Of a stretch of 64,000 nucleotides of DNA, positions 28,452-38,016 are shown in pieces. Source of the DNA: Candidatus Woesearchaeota archaeon. GTDB lineage: Archaea > Nanobdellota > Nanobdellia > Woesearchaeales > SKGA01. The stretch spans positions 2,178 through 66,177 of the forward strand of contig JBKGYN010000003.1 of assembly GCA_046546105.1 (NCBI GenBank), given 5' to 3'. The translations under genes were made by a program, and so were the position numbers. Under the pieces are notes generated by a model. That model saw nothing but the letters and a program-made list of their open reading frames with translations. It searched no databases and had not been told where the DNA came from. Position 1 is the stretch's first letter. The number at the start of each line of letters is the position of its first letter.

Positions 28452-29366
28452 TTAGAGAGTCGCCAGATAGTCTTTGATATATGCATGACCGTGCTTTCTC
28501 GAAAGCTTTGTTAAGGCATGATGTGTTCTTGAACCGTACTGTGCTGCCTTTTTTGGGCGTTGCGAGAATGAGACTTCAAGACCGAGTTGTTTTGCCGCTT
28601 CCCTCAGGATCAGTTTGCTTCCTCGTTCTGATAGCTTCCATTTAGCAGGAATAGTCATCGCTTTCTCAATAACATCTTCATCCAAAAAAGGTGCGAGTGC
28701 AGTTACGTTGAAGTGTCTTGTGAGTGCGAGTTCTCTGAGAAGGTCTCGCCTGAACATCTTATCAAGACCGTTCCAGCATTCAGCATGGACATTTTCAGAA
28801 TCGGCATGGCGTTTGTATCCTGCAAATATCTCTTCGCTGCCGAGTCCTGTGAAAATGTGGGTTATACCAGGGTTCTCTTTCTTGAGTTGTTTTATCGCTT
28901 CTGCCTCAACGCTCCCTACACCGATATTCACAGCGTTCACCAACTCAGGCCCAAGTATTGAAGCTGTCTCTTTGAACAGTTCTTCTATGCGCTCGAAGTT
29001 GCAAATCTCTTCAATATATTCGAAACCGAGTTTTTCTGAAGTGTCTCTTGCAGCCAATATGTCTTCAGGAAGTTTCTGCCCGGGATTGTCTTGGAATCCG
29101 ATGCTAACTGCTGTAAACGGTCGGGCGTTTTTTTTGAGGATGAAACCGATAAGTGTGGAGTCTATCCCTCCAGAGAACAAGAGACCTATGGCTCCCTGAT
29201 CTAACGCCTGATCAGCTTGCTCGAGAATTGTTTTCTCAAGTAGCGTTCCGATCATCCCGACAGCTTCTTCGTGAGTCTTTAGCGTATCGATTTCAGACCG
29301 TTCTCGTATATGGGCTATATAATTTTGCCATTCAGTTGTTGTTGTCGGGAGTCTCATCGTCAACAT
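28452..29366 (-). CDS. Asparagine-synthetase-domain PP-loop ATP pyrophosphatase
   Basis: PP-loop LLFSGGIDSTLIGFIL; overall AsnB C-terminal domain architecture. Confidence 0.6.
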   Translation of the reverse strand: MLTMRLPTTTTEWQNYIAHIRERSEIDTLKTHEEAVGMIGTLLEKTILEQADQALDQGAIGLLFSGGIDSTLIGFILKKNARPFTAVSIGFQDNPGQKLPEDILAARDTSEKLGFEYIEEICNFERIEELFKETASILGPELVNAVNIGVGSVEAEAIKQLKKENPGITHIFTGLGSEEIFAGYKRHADSENVHAECWNGLDKMFRRDLLRELALTRHFNVTALAPFLDEDVIEKAMTIPAKWKLSERGSKLILREAAKQLGLEVSFSQRPKKAAQYGSRTHHALTKLSRKHGHAYIKDYLATL

Positions 29367-31392
29367 AGATTACCTCGTAAGTGAGTAGAAAGCATTCTGC
29401 ATAATCCTGTATCGAGGTGTATTGGGAGAGTGATTGTTTGATCTCGTATAGTTCTTTTCGCGGTTCTTTTTTCTCATGGTAAGGGATGCTCTCGTAGTTA
29501 ATCTCGTCGTGGGTCTTGCAGGTGGAGAGCTTATCGAAAATGATGTTCGGATTCAAGAAATAGCTATCGTTCCGTTCGGCAAGATATCCTTTCTGCAAGA
29601 GAGATTTCACAATATGTTCAATACCTTCAAGTGATTGAAGAACAGTTTGCAGCTCTCCCAGTGTCATTTCTTTTTTGGAGTATATCGTTTGCAGCACCAT
29701 CAGTTCTTGTTGTGAAAGTGTTGATAATTGCGGGACTTGCTTGACAGAAGCGGTCTCCTTATCAACTATGATCCCCCCATCAGTCCTGTCGATAAGAAGT
29801 TGGTACGAACTCTCTCCTTCCGTGCAGGTCAATTGGTATGCAGGAACAAGTATGGTTCGTATCTCTTTGACTTCCTTGTCGCTCATCAGCTTGAGATCCT
29901 TGGAATCTGCGGTCGGTTTGATGACAGGCAGCACTTCTTCGTTCTCGAACTGCTCAATCTGCTCGAAGATATCGCTTCCGCCTTCATCGCTCATAGGATT
30001 CTGTCCGAGGATGTCTATGGCTTGCCCCCCATGGAGACTCTTTCGTGGCCTGACTCGGACAAACAAGGGGACTTCAGTAACTCCTGTGACAAGAGATGTT
30101 CCGATACTGATTTCCTGCATCTCTTTTTCTGTGCTTGCAGTCAACCCCTCGACACTGTTTGATATCGCTTTGATATCATTAGGATTCGTGACCTTCATGA
30201 TGAGTTGTGTGCTGCACTGGCTTAACACAGATTTATCCACCCGCGCAGGTCGTTGGCTGACAACACCTAGCCCCAAGCCGAATTTCCTTCCTTCACTTGC
30301 TATGGTCCGCAGTACTTTTGAAGATTTCTTTTCGCCAAAACTTCGTTCAGGACAGTAGTTGTGTGCTTCTTCAACGACGAGAAAGAATGGGGGTATCGTG
30401 TTTTTTTTACGGGCGTCAAAAAGGTCTTTGGTGAGCTTGTAGACAATGATGTCTTGGATTTCAGGATCGATTCCTTTGAGATTGAGCACTGAACAGGTTC
30501 CGGACGATACCAGTTCATGGTATGGCGTCGGCGCATCAGAGAAGAGGTTCATGCCTCGCAACTGTTCGATTATGCTGATGACATTCCATTTAGCGTTGGA
30601 TTCTTCTTGGTGAAGGCTTGAGAGAACACTGTCGAAATCGCAGGCATCAAGGTGTTGTGTTGCGCTGTGAAGAAGCCCTAGTTGCGTACTCGATAATTTT
30701 GTCGGTAGCATCTCGACGAGTTCTTGTGAAGAAATTTTGTTCGTGAGCTTGAGCGGTCTGACCTGTTTTGAGATATTCGGATCGCCGTACTCGTTGACAT
30801 TGAATCTTTCCGGTCGCACATCGAAATATGCCATCTGGGATATCTCGCTCTCTTCCGTATTCTCATGCTTCATTGAAGAGTATTCGCCGTGCGGATCGAT
30901 GATGAGAAGAGGCACGTTCTTATCGATGATCTCTTCAAGAAGGACCCCTACTGTATAACTTTTTCCGGAACCGGATTTTGCCAGTATTGCAACGTGTTTT
31001 GTCAGGAGTTTTCGCAAGTCGAGGTATATAGGAATGTCTTTCCCATCAAGTTTTCCAAGATACGCCCCATGATCCTTGCTCTCTAGCTTCACGACTTCTC
31101 GTATGAAATCATCTTGTGCCAAGAATACCTCGCTTCCGGGCTCGAACGGTATGCGCAGCTTCTTGATCTTTCGATCATCCTTATCCTTGTATCCGATAAT
31201 ATGGCATTGTGCTGTTGTCATGGATTCTTGCTTCTCGAGTTCTATGACTTGACAGAGCACGTAATCATACACGTCATGATAGACTTGCACATAATCGAAC
31301 TTTGTAACTTCCCGCTCCACGATAAAGCGGAATTCAGTTGTTGTAACCTTACCATAAATTTTCCCTACAAGCATGCTATCGACAGAACACAA
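29332..31392 (-). CDS. HerA/DUF87-family P-loop ATPase with C-terminal extension
   Basis: Walker A ILAKSGSGKSYTVGVL, Walker-B-like LLIIDPHGEY; 686 aa, no adjacent NurA-like gene. Confidence 0.55.
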   Translation of the reverse strand: MCSVDSMLVGKIYGKVTTTEFRFIVEREVTKFDYVQVYHDVYDYVLCQVIELEKQESMTTAQCHIIGYKDKDDRKIKKLRIPFEPGSEVFLAQDDFIREVVKLESKDHGAYLGKLDGKDIPIYLDLRKLLTKHVAILAKSGSGKSYTVGVLLEEIIDKNVPLLIIDPHGEYSSMKHENTEESEISQMAYFDVRPERFNVNEYGDPNISKQVRPLKLTNKISSQELVEMLPTKLSSTQLGLLHSATQHLDACDFDSVLSSLHQEESNAKWNVISIIEQLRGMNLFSDAPTPYHELVSSGTCSVLNLKGIDPEIQDIIVYKLTKDLFDARKKNTIPPFFLVVEEAHNYCPERSFGEKKSSKVLRTIASEGRKFGLGLGVVSQRPARVDKSVLSQCSTQLIMKVTNPNDIKAISNSVEGLTASTEKEMQEISIGTSLVTGVTEVPLFVRVRPRKSLHGGQAIDILGQNPMSDEGGSDIFEQIEQFENEEVLPVIKPTADSKDLKLMSDKEVKEIRTILVPAYQLTCTEGESSYQLLIDRTDGGIIVDKETASVKQVPQLSTLSQQELMVLQTIYSKKEMTLGELQTVLQSLEGIEHIVKSLLQKGYLAERNDSYFLNPNIIFDKLSTCKTHDEINYESIPYHEKKEPRKELYEIKQSLSQYTSIQDYAECFLLTYEVIYVDDETPDNNN

Positions 31393-31532
31393 ATACCTTT
31401 AAAAAGCTTTGTGCTACCCGTCCAGTCACCCTGCAACAAGCAGAAAACGTTATTTCGAGACATGGACGTGAGTGGACGGTTTCTATGTCTATAGTCACTA
31501 AAAGATGCAAGAAAGTACCGAGCGCAGTTGTT

Positions 31533-32864
31533 CTATCGTTTTTCGTATCCTCTCATATCATCTCGTGTAGTTTTTGTTATCTCGACAGGCACCTCTTTAC
31601 CGACAAGATCCTCATCACTCTCCACAACGACCTGTCTGTAATTTCCGGTCCGTCCCAAGAAAGTATTTTTTTTATGACCTCTCTCGATGATGACCACATT
31701 CACTGTTGAACCGACATAGCTTTTGTTTGGATCGAGAGTGGAGAAATATTTGCTCAACTTTGTACTTCTTTCTTTGATGGTTTTTGTCGGCAAAGGTTTG
31801 AGTTGTGCTGCAAGCGTTCCTTTCCGCGGATAGAATTTTGAGATGTTGAGCACAGGGAATCGGTGTTTGCGAACCAATGCCATTGTCTGCTCGAAATCCT
31901 CTTCCGTTTCTGTCGGATAACCGCAGATGATATCAGTTGCTATTGTGATCTCAGGTATCTCTTCACGGAGAACTTTTACTGATTCTTCGAATTGATCTCG
32001 AGTATATGGTCTATTCATCTCATTCAGGACCTTATCGCTTCCTGATTGCAGCGGTATATGAAGAAATTTGTAGAAGATATCATGCTTGAGTAACCTCGCA
32101 AGTTCATGACGGAATCGGTAGACATAATGAGGATTTATCATCCCAACGCGTATTTTCAAGCCACCACCTACACCGGCCATTTCTTCAAGCAGCGTTGGCA
32201 GGTCAGTACCTATATCAAGTCCGTAACCGCCATTATCTTCTGAGACAAGCCATACTTCTCGCATACCTCCTGCTTTTGCCATCCTCACTTGCCATACTAT
32301 ACTTTCTTTCGGAAAACTTTTCAATTGCCCCCGGGCGCTTTTGGTCTTACAATATGCGCATGTTCCCAAACAACCTTGCAATAAGGGGATAATCGCTACA
32401 TAGTCATTCTTTCTTGTCAGAGGCAGGAACGTCCTATCAAACGGCTGTACCGTTCTTGATAATTCGTGAGCGACTTCTCCACGCAGCGTCCGCTCGACAA
32501 CCTCTTCGATCTTGTGAACCTGATCTACCCCGATTGCACTCCATCTCTTCAACCAATCATCTTGTTCTTGCGATTGAGGAATACAACCCGCAATCACTAC
32601 AGGCTTGTTGATCCGTTCAAGAGAGGAGAAGAATTTGCTTTCTGACGGATCTTTTACAGTGCAAGTGTTAAAGATTATAATATCCGCACGATCCATCTCG
32701 GAAAACATATCTCTTTTATCTTTCCTTGTCCGTACAGCCTCATCAAGTCCGATGATTTCATGCCCGTTTCTAGCGAGATAGTCCGCCATCGTCTCACTAT
32801 CAGCCATATTATGAGAACATCCGTAAGTCTTGATATAGATACGTGCCATGCTGAACAAGAACAC
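31533..32864 (-). CDS. MiaB/MtaB-family radical-SAM tRNA methylthiotransferase with TRAM domain
   Basis: N-terminal MTTase domain (IYIKTYGCSHNMADSE), radical SAM CLGTCAYC, C-terminal TRAM domain. Confidence 0.8.
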   Translation of the reverse strand: MFLFSMARIYIKTYGCSHNMADSETMADYLARNGHEIIGLDEAVRTRKDKRDMFSEMDRADIIIFNTCTVKDPSESKFFSSLERINKPVVIAGCIPQSQEQDDWLKRWSAIGVDQVHKIEEVVERTLRGEVAHELSRTVQPFDRTFLPLTRKNDYVAIIPLLQGCLGTCAYCKTKSARGQLKSFPKESIVWQVRMAKAGGMREVWLVSEDNGGYGLDIGTDLPTLLEEMAGVGGGLKIRVGMINPHYVYRFRHELARLLKHDIFYKFLHIPLQSGSDKVLNEMNRPYTRDQFEESVKVLREEIPEITIATDIICGYPTETEEDFEQTMALVRKHRFPVLNISKFYPRKGTLAAQLKPLPTKTIKERSTKLSKYFSTLDPNKSYVGSTVNVVIIERGHKKNTFLGRTGNYRQVVVESDEDLVGKEVPVEITKTTRDDMRGYEKR

Positions 32865-32954
32865 AAACAGTCCTTATATAAAAGTTTCATGGTATTATAT
32901 GGTTTGAAAACGGAGAGAAATAGCGTGAATAAGAAAAAAGATATGTAGACGGAC

Positions 32955-33773
32955 TCACCAGTTCATCTCGGCATGCTTGAGAGACTGTTGGTTCCTGACA
33001 TCCATCCACTTACCATAGAAGATATATCCTGCCAAGTTGTTATCATCAGCAAGTTTTGGAAAAACATCGCTTTCAAGACGCCCATATCCTTCAGGTGCTT
33101 CAGTGATGACTTCCGGATCGAAGATGTAGAGTCCTGCATTGATAAGGTTTGTCGGTGTCGAACTTTTCGGTTTCTCGACAAAACTGTACACCCTGTTCCC
33201 GTTGAGCACGACTTCACCGTATTCTCTTGTACTGGAAGCTGTAGTGACTGCGATGGTGGCTGAAGTTCCCTGTTTTTTGTGGAATTCGAACATCTCTTTG
33301 ATATTGATCTCTTTAAGCTCATCACCATTGCAGACAAGGAATGTGCTGTTGATAAGCGGTGCTGCCTTTCTGATAACCCCTGAGGTTCCAAGCGGGTGCT
33401 CTTCCTCGATGTATCTTAATGAAACTCCAAAGTGTGAGCCATCACCGAGTCGATCTTTGACCATCTCTTTCTTATATCCCACTGCGATGATAAACTCTTT
33501 AATCCCCTGGCGTTTGAGCATGAGAATGTTGTGTTCGAGGATTGTTCTTCCGTTGATTTCGATCATTAAGGTAGGCAGCTCTTTTCCTTCTTGCTCCACG
33601 ACATGTTTTCCTCCCGCCAGTATAATCGCTTGAGCAATGTGTTGGCGCTTGAGAGTCTTCGATAGATTCAGCTCGATAGCATGACTCCTGTTCTTGACCA
33701 TGACCCCGTCGATCTGATTATCGAGAGCATCGAGAAGTTCTTGATCGATTGTTATCGTGATTCGTTCTTTCAT
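32955..33773 (-). CDS. Sugar-phosphate nucleotidyltransferase fused to an N-terminal ribbon-helix-helix domain
   Basis: N-terminal ITITIDQELLDALDNQI is CopG/RHH-like; followed by AIILAGGKH, LGTSGVI and NGDE motifs of the NTP_transferase family. Confidence 0.6.
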   Translation of the reverse strand: MKERITITIDQELLDALDNQIDGVMVKNRSHAIELNLSKTLKRQHIAQAIILAGGKHVVEQEGKELPTLMIEINGRTILEHNILMLKRQGIKEFIIAVGYKKEMVKDRLGDGSHFGVSLRYIEEEHPLGTSGVIRKAAPLINSTFLVCNGDELKEINIKEMFEFHKKQGTSATIAVTTASSTREYGEVVLNGNRVYSFVEKPKSSTPTNLINAGLYIFDPEVITEAPEGYGRLESDVFPKLADDNNLAGYIFYGKWMDVRNQQSLKHAEMNW

Positions 33774-33922
33774 AGGATATCCTCCTTTAATCCCTTCTTC
33801 TCAGCAAACACTTATGTGAGCAAGTATGATAGATATTTAAAGATTATGAAATAAAGCACCATACCCGAAGTCAGACTTATAGAAAAAGAAGAGTTTGCAA
33901 ATAAAAAAACATTTCAAGATGC

Positions 33923-34177
33923 TCAAGCATCGATGCCTTCGAGCATACTTGAAATACTCCATATCTGTTGCCTTGTGAACTGGTCAAGATTCGCATCCCC
34001 TGAAATGTCATCAAGGTCTGAAAGGAGCTTGTTGATAGTAAGAGACAGATTGCTCTCGTCCGCTTTCTTGAGTTCAGAGATTATTTCTGAGAATTTGTTC
34101 TTGATGTTCTTTGGTACGTTCGAATCACTTTCCAATTCGCTCATAAAATCGATCACTTCTTCGATTTGTGGATTCAT
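33923..34177 (-). CDS. UPF0147-family small protein
   Basis: Segments SNVPKNIKNKFSEIISELKK and GDANLDQFTRQQIWSISSMLEGI match the duplicated UPF0147 pattern (svPrniRr.a...i..L ... R...w.v.s.LE.i). Confidence 0.45.
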   Translation of the reverse strand: MNPQIEEVIDFMSELESDSNVPKNIKNKFSEIISELKKADESNLSLTINKLLSDLDDISGDANLDQFTRQQIWSISSMLEGIDA

Positions 34178-34232
34178 TCTATCACACCTCGCTCGTTAAT
34201 GCTTCTCATATGGATTTTTCAGATTGTGTGCA

Positions 34233-34562
34233 TCAGGAATTATTTTCACTTTCAGAAAATCCGTCCATGGCTTGTTCCTGAAGAGTTTTAGCTTGTTGGC
34301 GCAAGGATTTTTCCTGTTTTTCGAGCGCTTCAAGACGCTTTGAATAGATTTCTTTTTTCTCTTCCAGATCCTTACGGAGATTTTCTGATGATTTCTTGAT
34401 CATTATAGTTCCGACAATCTGATACCCTTCCTCGACAACCCCAAGTTCTTTGAGTGCTGAATCGATATCGTAGAGATAGCGTTGGTAACCTTGTTTTTGG
34501 GCTACAGTTTGAGAAAGATTCTGTTCAATAAGACGCAATTGTTCGATATCCTTTTGAGACAT
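34233..34562 (-). CDS. pfdB: Prefoldin beta subunit
   Basis: 109 aa with two heptad coiled-coil arms around a central beta hairpin (GYQIVGTIMIKKS). Confidence 0.6.
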   Translation of the reverse strand: MSQKDIEQLRLIEQNLSQTVAQKQGYQRYLYDIDSALKELGVVEEGYQIVGTIMIKKSSENLRKDLEEKKEIYSKRLEALEKQEKSLRQQAKTLQEQAMDGFSESENNS

Positions 34563-34618
34563 GTCTTCTCACCTTGTATGATTTGCGATGATGATCGGTC
34601 CTGTCTGAAAATCAGATG

Positions 34619-34864
34619 TCAGTCTTGAATGGAACCCATCTTATTATATACCGTAAGGACCTTGGTGATGGCATTCAATGCTGCCCGTAGCGCAACAGGG
34701 TCATCTGCACTTATCCTGAAGCGAACAGTGACACCTTCTATCTTGACCTCATATTGTGCGCGGTCATTAGCAAGTACCGTATCTTCAGTTTCAAAGAGTT
34801 TCAGGATTTTCGTTGCTTCATCAGAGTCTGATACAGTAACAACTATAGTGCTTTCCAGCTTCAT
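34619..34864 (-). CDS. Pcc1-like KEOPS subunit (putative)
   Basis: 81-aa protein; VALRAALNAITKVL resembles the Pcc1 C-terminal helix; lies in the conserved archaeal L37ae-RpoP neighbourhood and overlaps rpoP as ATGA. Confidence 0.4.
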   Translation of the reverse strand: MKLESTIVVTVSDSDEATKILKLFETEDTVLANDRAQYEVKIEGVTVRFRISADDPVALRAALNAITKVLTVYNKMGSIQD

Positions 34865-34998
34865 CGTGCCTTGACGTGAGACGGTTGGCTTCTCGCCTTG
34901 AAGATGATCTTGGAGCCGCAGTAGATGCAGCGCACTTTCTTCTTGATGTACTGGTCTGAAACCGTCCTGTTACATGAAAAGCATCGATATTCTGTCAT
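34861..34998 (-). CDS. rpoP: DNA-directed RNA polymerase subunit P (Rpo12/RpoP)
   Basis: Manual translation MTEYRCFSCNRTVSDQYIKKKVRCIYCGSKIIFKARSQPSHVKAR (45 aa) with a CxxC...CxxC zinc ribbon typical of RpoP; under 60 aa, so absent from the ORF track. Confidence 0.75.
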   Translation of the reverse strand: MTEYRCFSCNRTVSDQYIKKKVRCIYCGSKIIFKARSQPSHVKAR

Positions 34999-35062
34999 GA
35001 CAATTCACCTGTGGTGTAGCGTCTCGTCCTTCAACATAGGATCTGAAGAAAAACAAGAGAGC

Positions 35063-35326
35063 TCATAGCTCTGATACTGAAGTCTGGATACTGGATACTT
35101 TGGAGACAGTGAATGCTTTGCTTGCGAATTTCGCATTGCACTTCTTACACTGCCAAATACCTGCATTCACACGTTTAACTTGCTCTCGGGAACAGTATGG
35201 GCACTTGTATTTCTTATGCTGCTGACTCTCAAGTTTTCCGTACTTATCACGAGCAGTCTTACCATACCTGCTACCGAATCGCTTGACTGATTTTGTTCCT
35301 GCGCTTCGTGCCATAGTAATTTTCAC
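35063..35326 (-). CDS. rpl37ae: Ribosomal protein eL43 (L37ae)
   Basis: RFGSRYG, CPYC...GIWQCKKC zinc-ribbon pattern of L37ae. Confidence 0.85.
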   Translation of the reverse strand: MKITMARSAGTKSVKRFGSRYGKTARDKYGKLESQQHKKYKCPYCSREQVKRVNAGIWQCKKCNAKFASKAFTVSKVSSIQTSVSEL

Positions 35327-35372
35327 CTGAATTATGAATGATGATACCCATTACCAGAATGAGGATCTGGTA

Positions 35373-35447
35373 TGGGGCTGCCCAGATTCGAACTGGGGTC
35401 TTAGCGTCCCAAACGCCAGATGATAGACCAAGCTACACCACAGCCCC
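35373..35447 (-). tRNA. tRNA-Pro (anticodon UGG)
   Basis: Hand-folded cloverleaf: 7-bp acceptor GGGGCUG/CAGCCCC, D-loop with A14 and GG, anticodon stem UGGCG/CGCUA, loop UU-UGG-GA, T-arm CCCAG-UUCGAAU-CUGGG, discriminator A. Confidence 0.85.
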
Positions 35448-35554
35448 TTGATGAGACAGTCCGAGAAATGCCAACCGCTTTATAAATCTTTCTGGAGACC
35501 CTTGTCTCACATCAACCCGTTTCAAGCAGTATGCGCAGTTTCCGGAAACAGTGT

Positions 35555-36604
35555 TCAGATGAATGGCCCGAGTCGCTCTTTGAAGTGCTCGATAAGTTCC
35601 ACTGGCGAAGGATCTCGCTCATAGCGGAGAGCCAAGTAGAAGGCAGTAAGATCCCCTATTATCATCGAGGAATAGAGTTTCGTGAGCAGGTGATCGCCGC
35701 TCATCTTCACTTCTGTCGTCTCGACATCGTATTTGGCAGTAATCTCCCGTGTCAGGCTCATCCGTTTCTTGATGCGCCTATGGTCGTCGTCGAAGTTGAA
35801 GAGCACTATATGAAACTCTGCTTTCAGGTCCGTGAATGCCAGCATCTCATTGTGATTGAGTTCGCTGAAGTGGTTCGAGAACGCGTGGACTTTCGAGCAT
35901 TCATTGAGTTGTGTTTTGAACCGATAAGCTACCGGATAGTATTCCTCTGAAGTATAGATTAGAGGGATTTTCCCCTCCAGTTTTTCGCTGATCGAGACTG
36001 CCAGGCTCTTGAAGTCAGGTTTGGCCAGTCCTTTGACGAGCTGGTCGATGCTGCTTTGATGGGATGGCAGGAGCCCGTACCTTTCGAGTATCTTCAGTAA
36101 CGGGAAGAACAGGTACGTGAGTGCAGCGGTCCGAGGCTGGAAGCCTTTAGGGACCTTGAGAAACGGCTTCCTGTTGAGATTCGTGATTTCTTCCAGCTTC
36201 CCGCCTTTCGATAGTGCAACGATGTGTTTTGCTGTCCTGATAGCCTGTCGGTATGCACTCACAGTCTCTTCAGTATTTCCTGAATAGCTGATGGTAAAGA
36301 CAAGCGATTTTTCAGTCAGGCTTTCCGGTACGGAGTATGACCGAGAGACTATCACAGGGATTTTCACGCCTAACCGTTTAAGATAAAGCTTGAGAACCTC
36401 TCCACTGAGTGCTGAGCCTCCCATCCCCAGAACGATTATCCTGTCGAATTCGGCCTTTTCATCAGAAAGATCGACATCATCTCCTAACTCGTAGGCTGCT
36501 CGGATGTCCTGTCCAATATTAGTGTAATGATCAAGAAGTCCTTGTTCGTCATAATGCATGTGATCATCGGGAAATGTACCTTCTACCATGGATTTCACCA
36601 CCAC
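35555..36604 (-). CDS. Bifunctional phosphoglucose/phosphomannose isomerase (SIS domain, archaeal PGI/PMI)
   Basis: SIS motif IIVLGMGGSALSG; two-SIS-domain architecture of about 350 aa. Confidence 0.7.
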   Translation of the reverse strand: MVVKSMVEGTFPDDHMHYDEQGLLDHYTNIGQDIRAAYELGDDVDLSDEKAEFDRIIVLGMGGSALSGEVLKLYLKRLGVKIPVIVSRSYSVPESLTEKSLVFTISYSGNTEETVSAYRQAIRTAKHIVALSKGGKLEEITNLNRKPFLKVPKGFQPRTAALTYLFFPLLKILERYGLLPSHQSSIDQLVKGLAKPDFKSLAVSISEKLEGKIPLIYTSEEYYPVAYRFKTQLNECSKVHAFSNHFSELNHNEMLAFTDLKAEFHIVLFNFDDDHRRIKKRMSLTREITAKYDVETTEVKMSGDHLLTKLYSSMIIGDLTAFYLALRYERDPSPVELIEHFKERLGPFI

Positions 36605-36681
36605 TACCTCTCAATAATACAGGAGCAACGGTGATTTATAAAGTATTTGTTTTTTAGGGAGAGAAACAAGAACAGTTGTAT

Positions 36682-37965
36682 TTAAAGGACTTCCCGGTCG
36701 ATCGGGAAATGATCGCTTGTCGGGTATTCGGTGACCAGAGCCGCTTCGAACTGGTTCTTCCAGCCGAAGAATTTCCGTTTCCTCTTGATCTGCGGCCATA
36801 TCTCTTTCAGGATGTGCGGTGCTGTCAGGATCCGTCCGTCCTGCACTTCAATGAGTTCTTCAGGAATATCATAATTGCGTATAAGTTGTTGTCTGATCCC
36901 TTCGAGCGTGAATCCTTCATAGAGCGTATCGAATCCAGAGCTCTCCTCTTCGGGCTCTTCCTCATCAGGAAGGTCCAGAAGCCCCATCTTCTCAACGACG
37001 TGATCGACTTCTTTCTCGTGCTCGTCACGCTCATCCTTTTCAGTGGTCTCTCTGTCCGGTCTCGATTCCCTCTCCTGATTGACAGGCTTAAGTTCTGCCC
37101 TGTAAAGCATCCCTTGCTCATCAACGCTGTCAAATGCCCTGGCCACTGATTCAGCACGTAATCGCAGCCTGTTTCCGAGCTGCACTTTGTCCTTGAATTC
37201 CGCCGAACAGTAGTGGACCGGCATTGTCCTATTTTTGCCGAAGTCGACGAGTTCTTTGGCCAGTTCTTCACTACCATTGATGCCGTATGACAAGTCATCC
37301 TTGACAGCCAGTTTCAATTCCTCGAATCGTGCTTGTGACGCATCGCTGTATTCGAGCTCGTTGAGATTTACGAATTCGATAAAACCAAGTTGTTTGCAAT
37401 AGTTGATAAGTTCTTTCGTCTTCTCGCCGAAGCCAGGAATTGCAGGAACTTCCGCTCCCACGGTGAAGTTCATGCCTTCGGCAAAGTGCGCTTTCTCCCA
37501 CAATAGGATGTCGGCGACGTTGAAGTGTAGCCGCAGTTCATCAAGACCCGCTTCTTCGAGCTGGAAGAGAGCCTCTTGAGTCACATGATCGAGTGTCGTA
37601 TAAAGATGGATGTGGAAATCGTATCCGAATTCTTCTTTGAAAGCTTCTATATAACGGCAGGTGCGTTCCAGTCTCATGAGCGGATCTCCGCCTGTAATCC
37701 CCACGCCCTTTGATTGACAGAGTCTTATCTCTTCGATTGCCTCGTTGATGCCTTCAGGTGCATCGGGCCTTGCGACAACCCGTTCATTGATCTTGACAAC
37801 ATCCTTGTATCTTTTTTCATCAGAAATTGGGCAGTAGAAGCATTTATAATGACAGATTCCTGTTATAAAAAGCACACTCTTGCGTCCTTCGATGCATTGC
37901 TCGCAGCCTTTGGCGAGAGGTCCATAGTGCACTTTTTCTGTTTTCACGAACTCCATCGTTATCAT
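36682..37965 (-). CDS. Radical SAM protein, PFL-activating-enzyme-related (COG2108-like) with acidic linker and unknown C-terminal domain
   Basis: CHYKCFYC cluster motif and GGDPL; an acidic low-complexity linker is followed by a ~90-aa C-terminal region of unknown type. Confidence 0.6.
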   Translation of the reverse strand: MITMEFVKTEKVHYGPLAKGCEQCIEGRKSVLFITGICHYKCFYCPISDEKRYKDVVKINERVVARPDAPEGINEAIEEIRLCQSKGVGITGGDPLMRLERTCRYIEAFKEEFGYDFHIHLYTTLDHVTQEALFQLEEAGLDELRLHFNVADILLWEKAHFAEGMNFTVGAEVPAIPGFGEKTKELINYCKQLGFIEFVNLNELEYSDASQARFEELKLAVKDDLSYGINGSEELAKELVDFGKNRTMPVHYCSAEFKDKVQLGNRLRLRAESVARAFDSVDEQGMLYRAELKPVNQERESRPDRETTEKDERDEHEKEVDHVVEKMGLLDLPDEEEPEEESSGFDTLYEGFTLEGIRQQLIRNYDIPEELIEVQDGRILTAPHILKEIWPQIKRKRKFFGWKNQFEAALVTEYPTSDHFPIDREVL

Positions 37966-38016
37966 CTGAAAAAAGTATCAACTTAAAAATCTTGGGATAG
38001 GCCCTTTCTCCATAGG

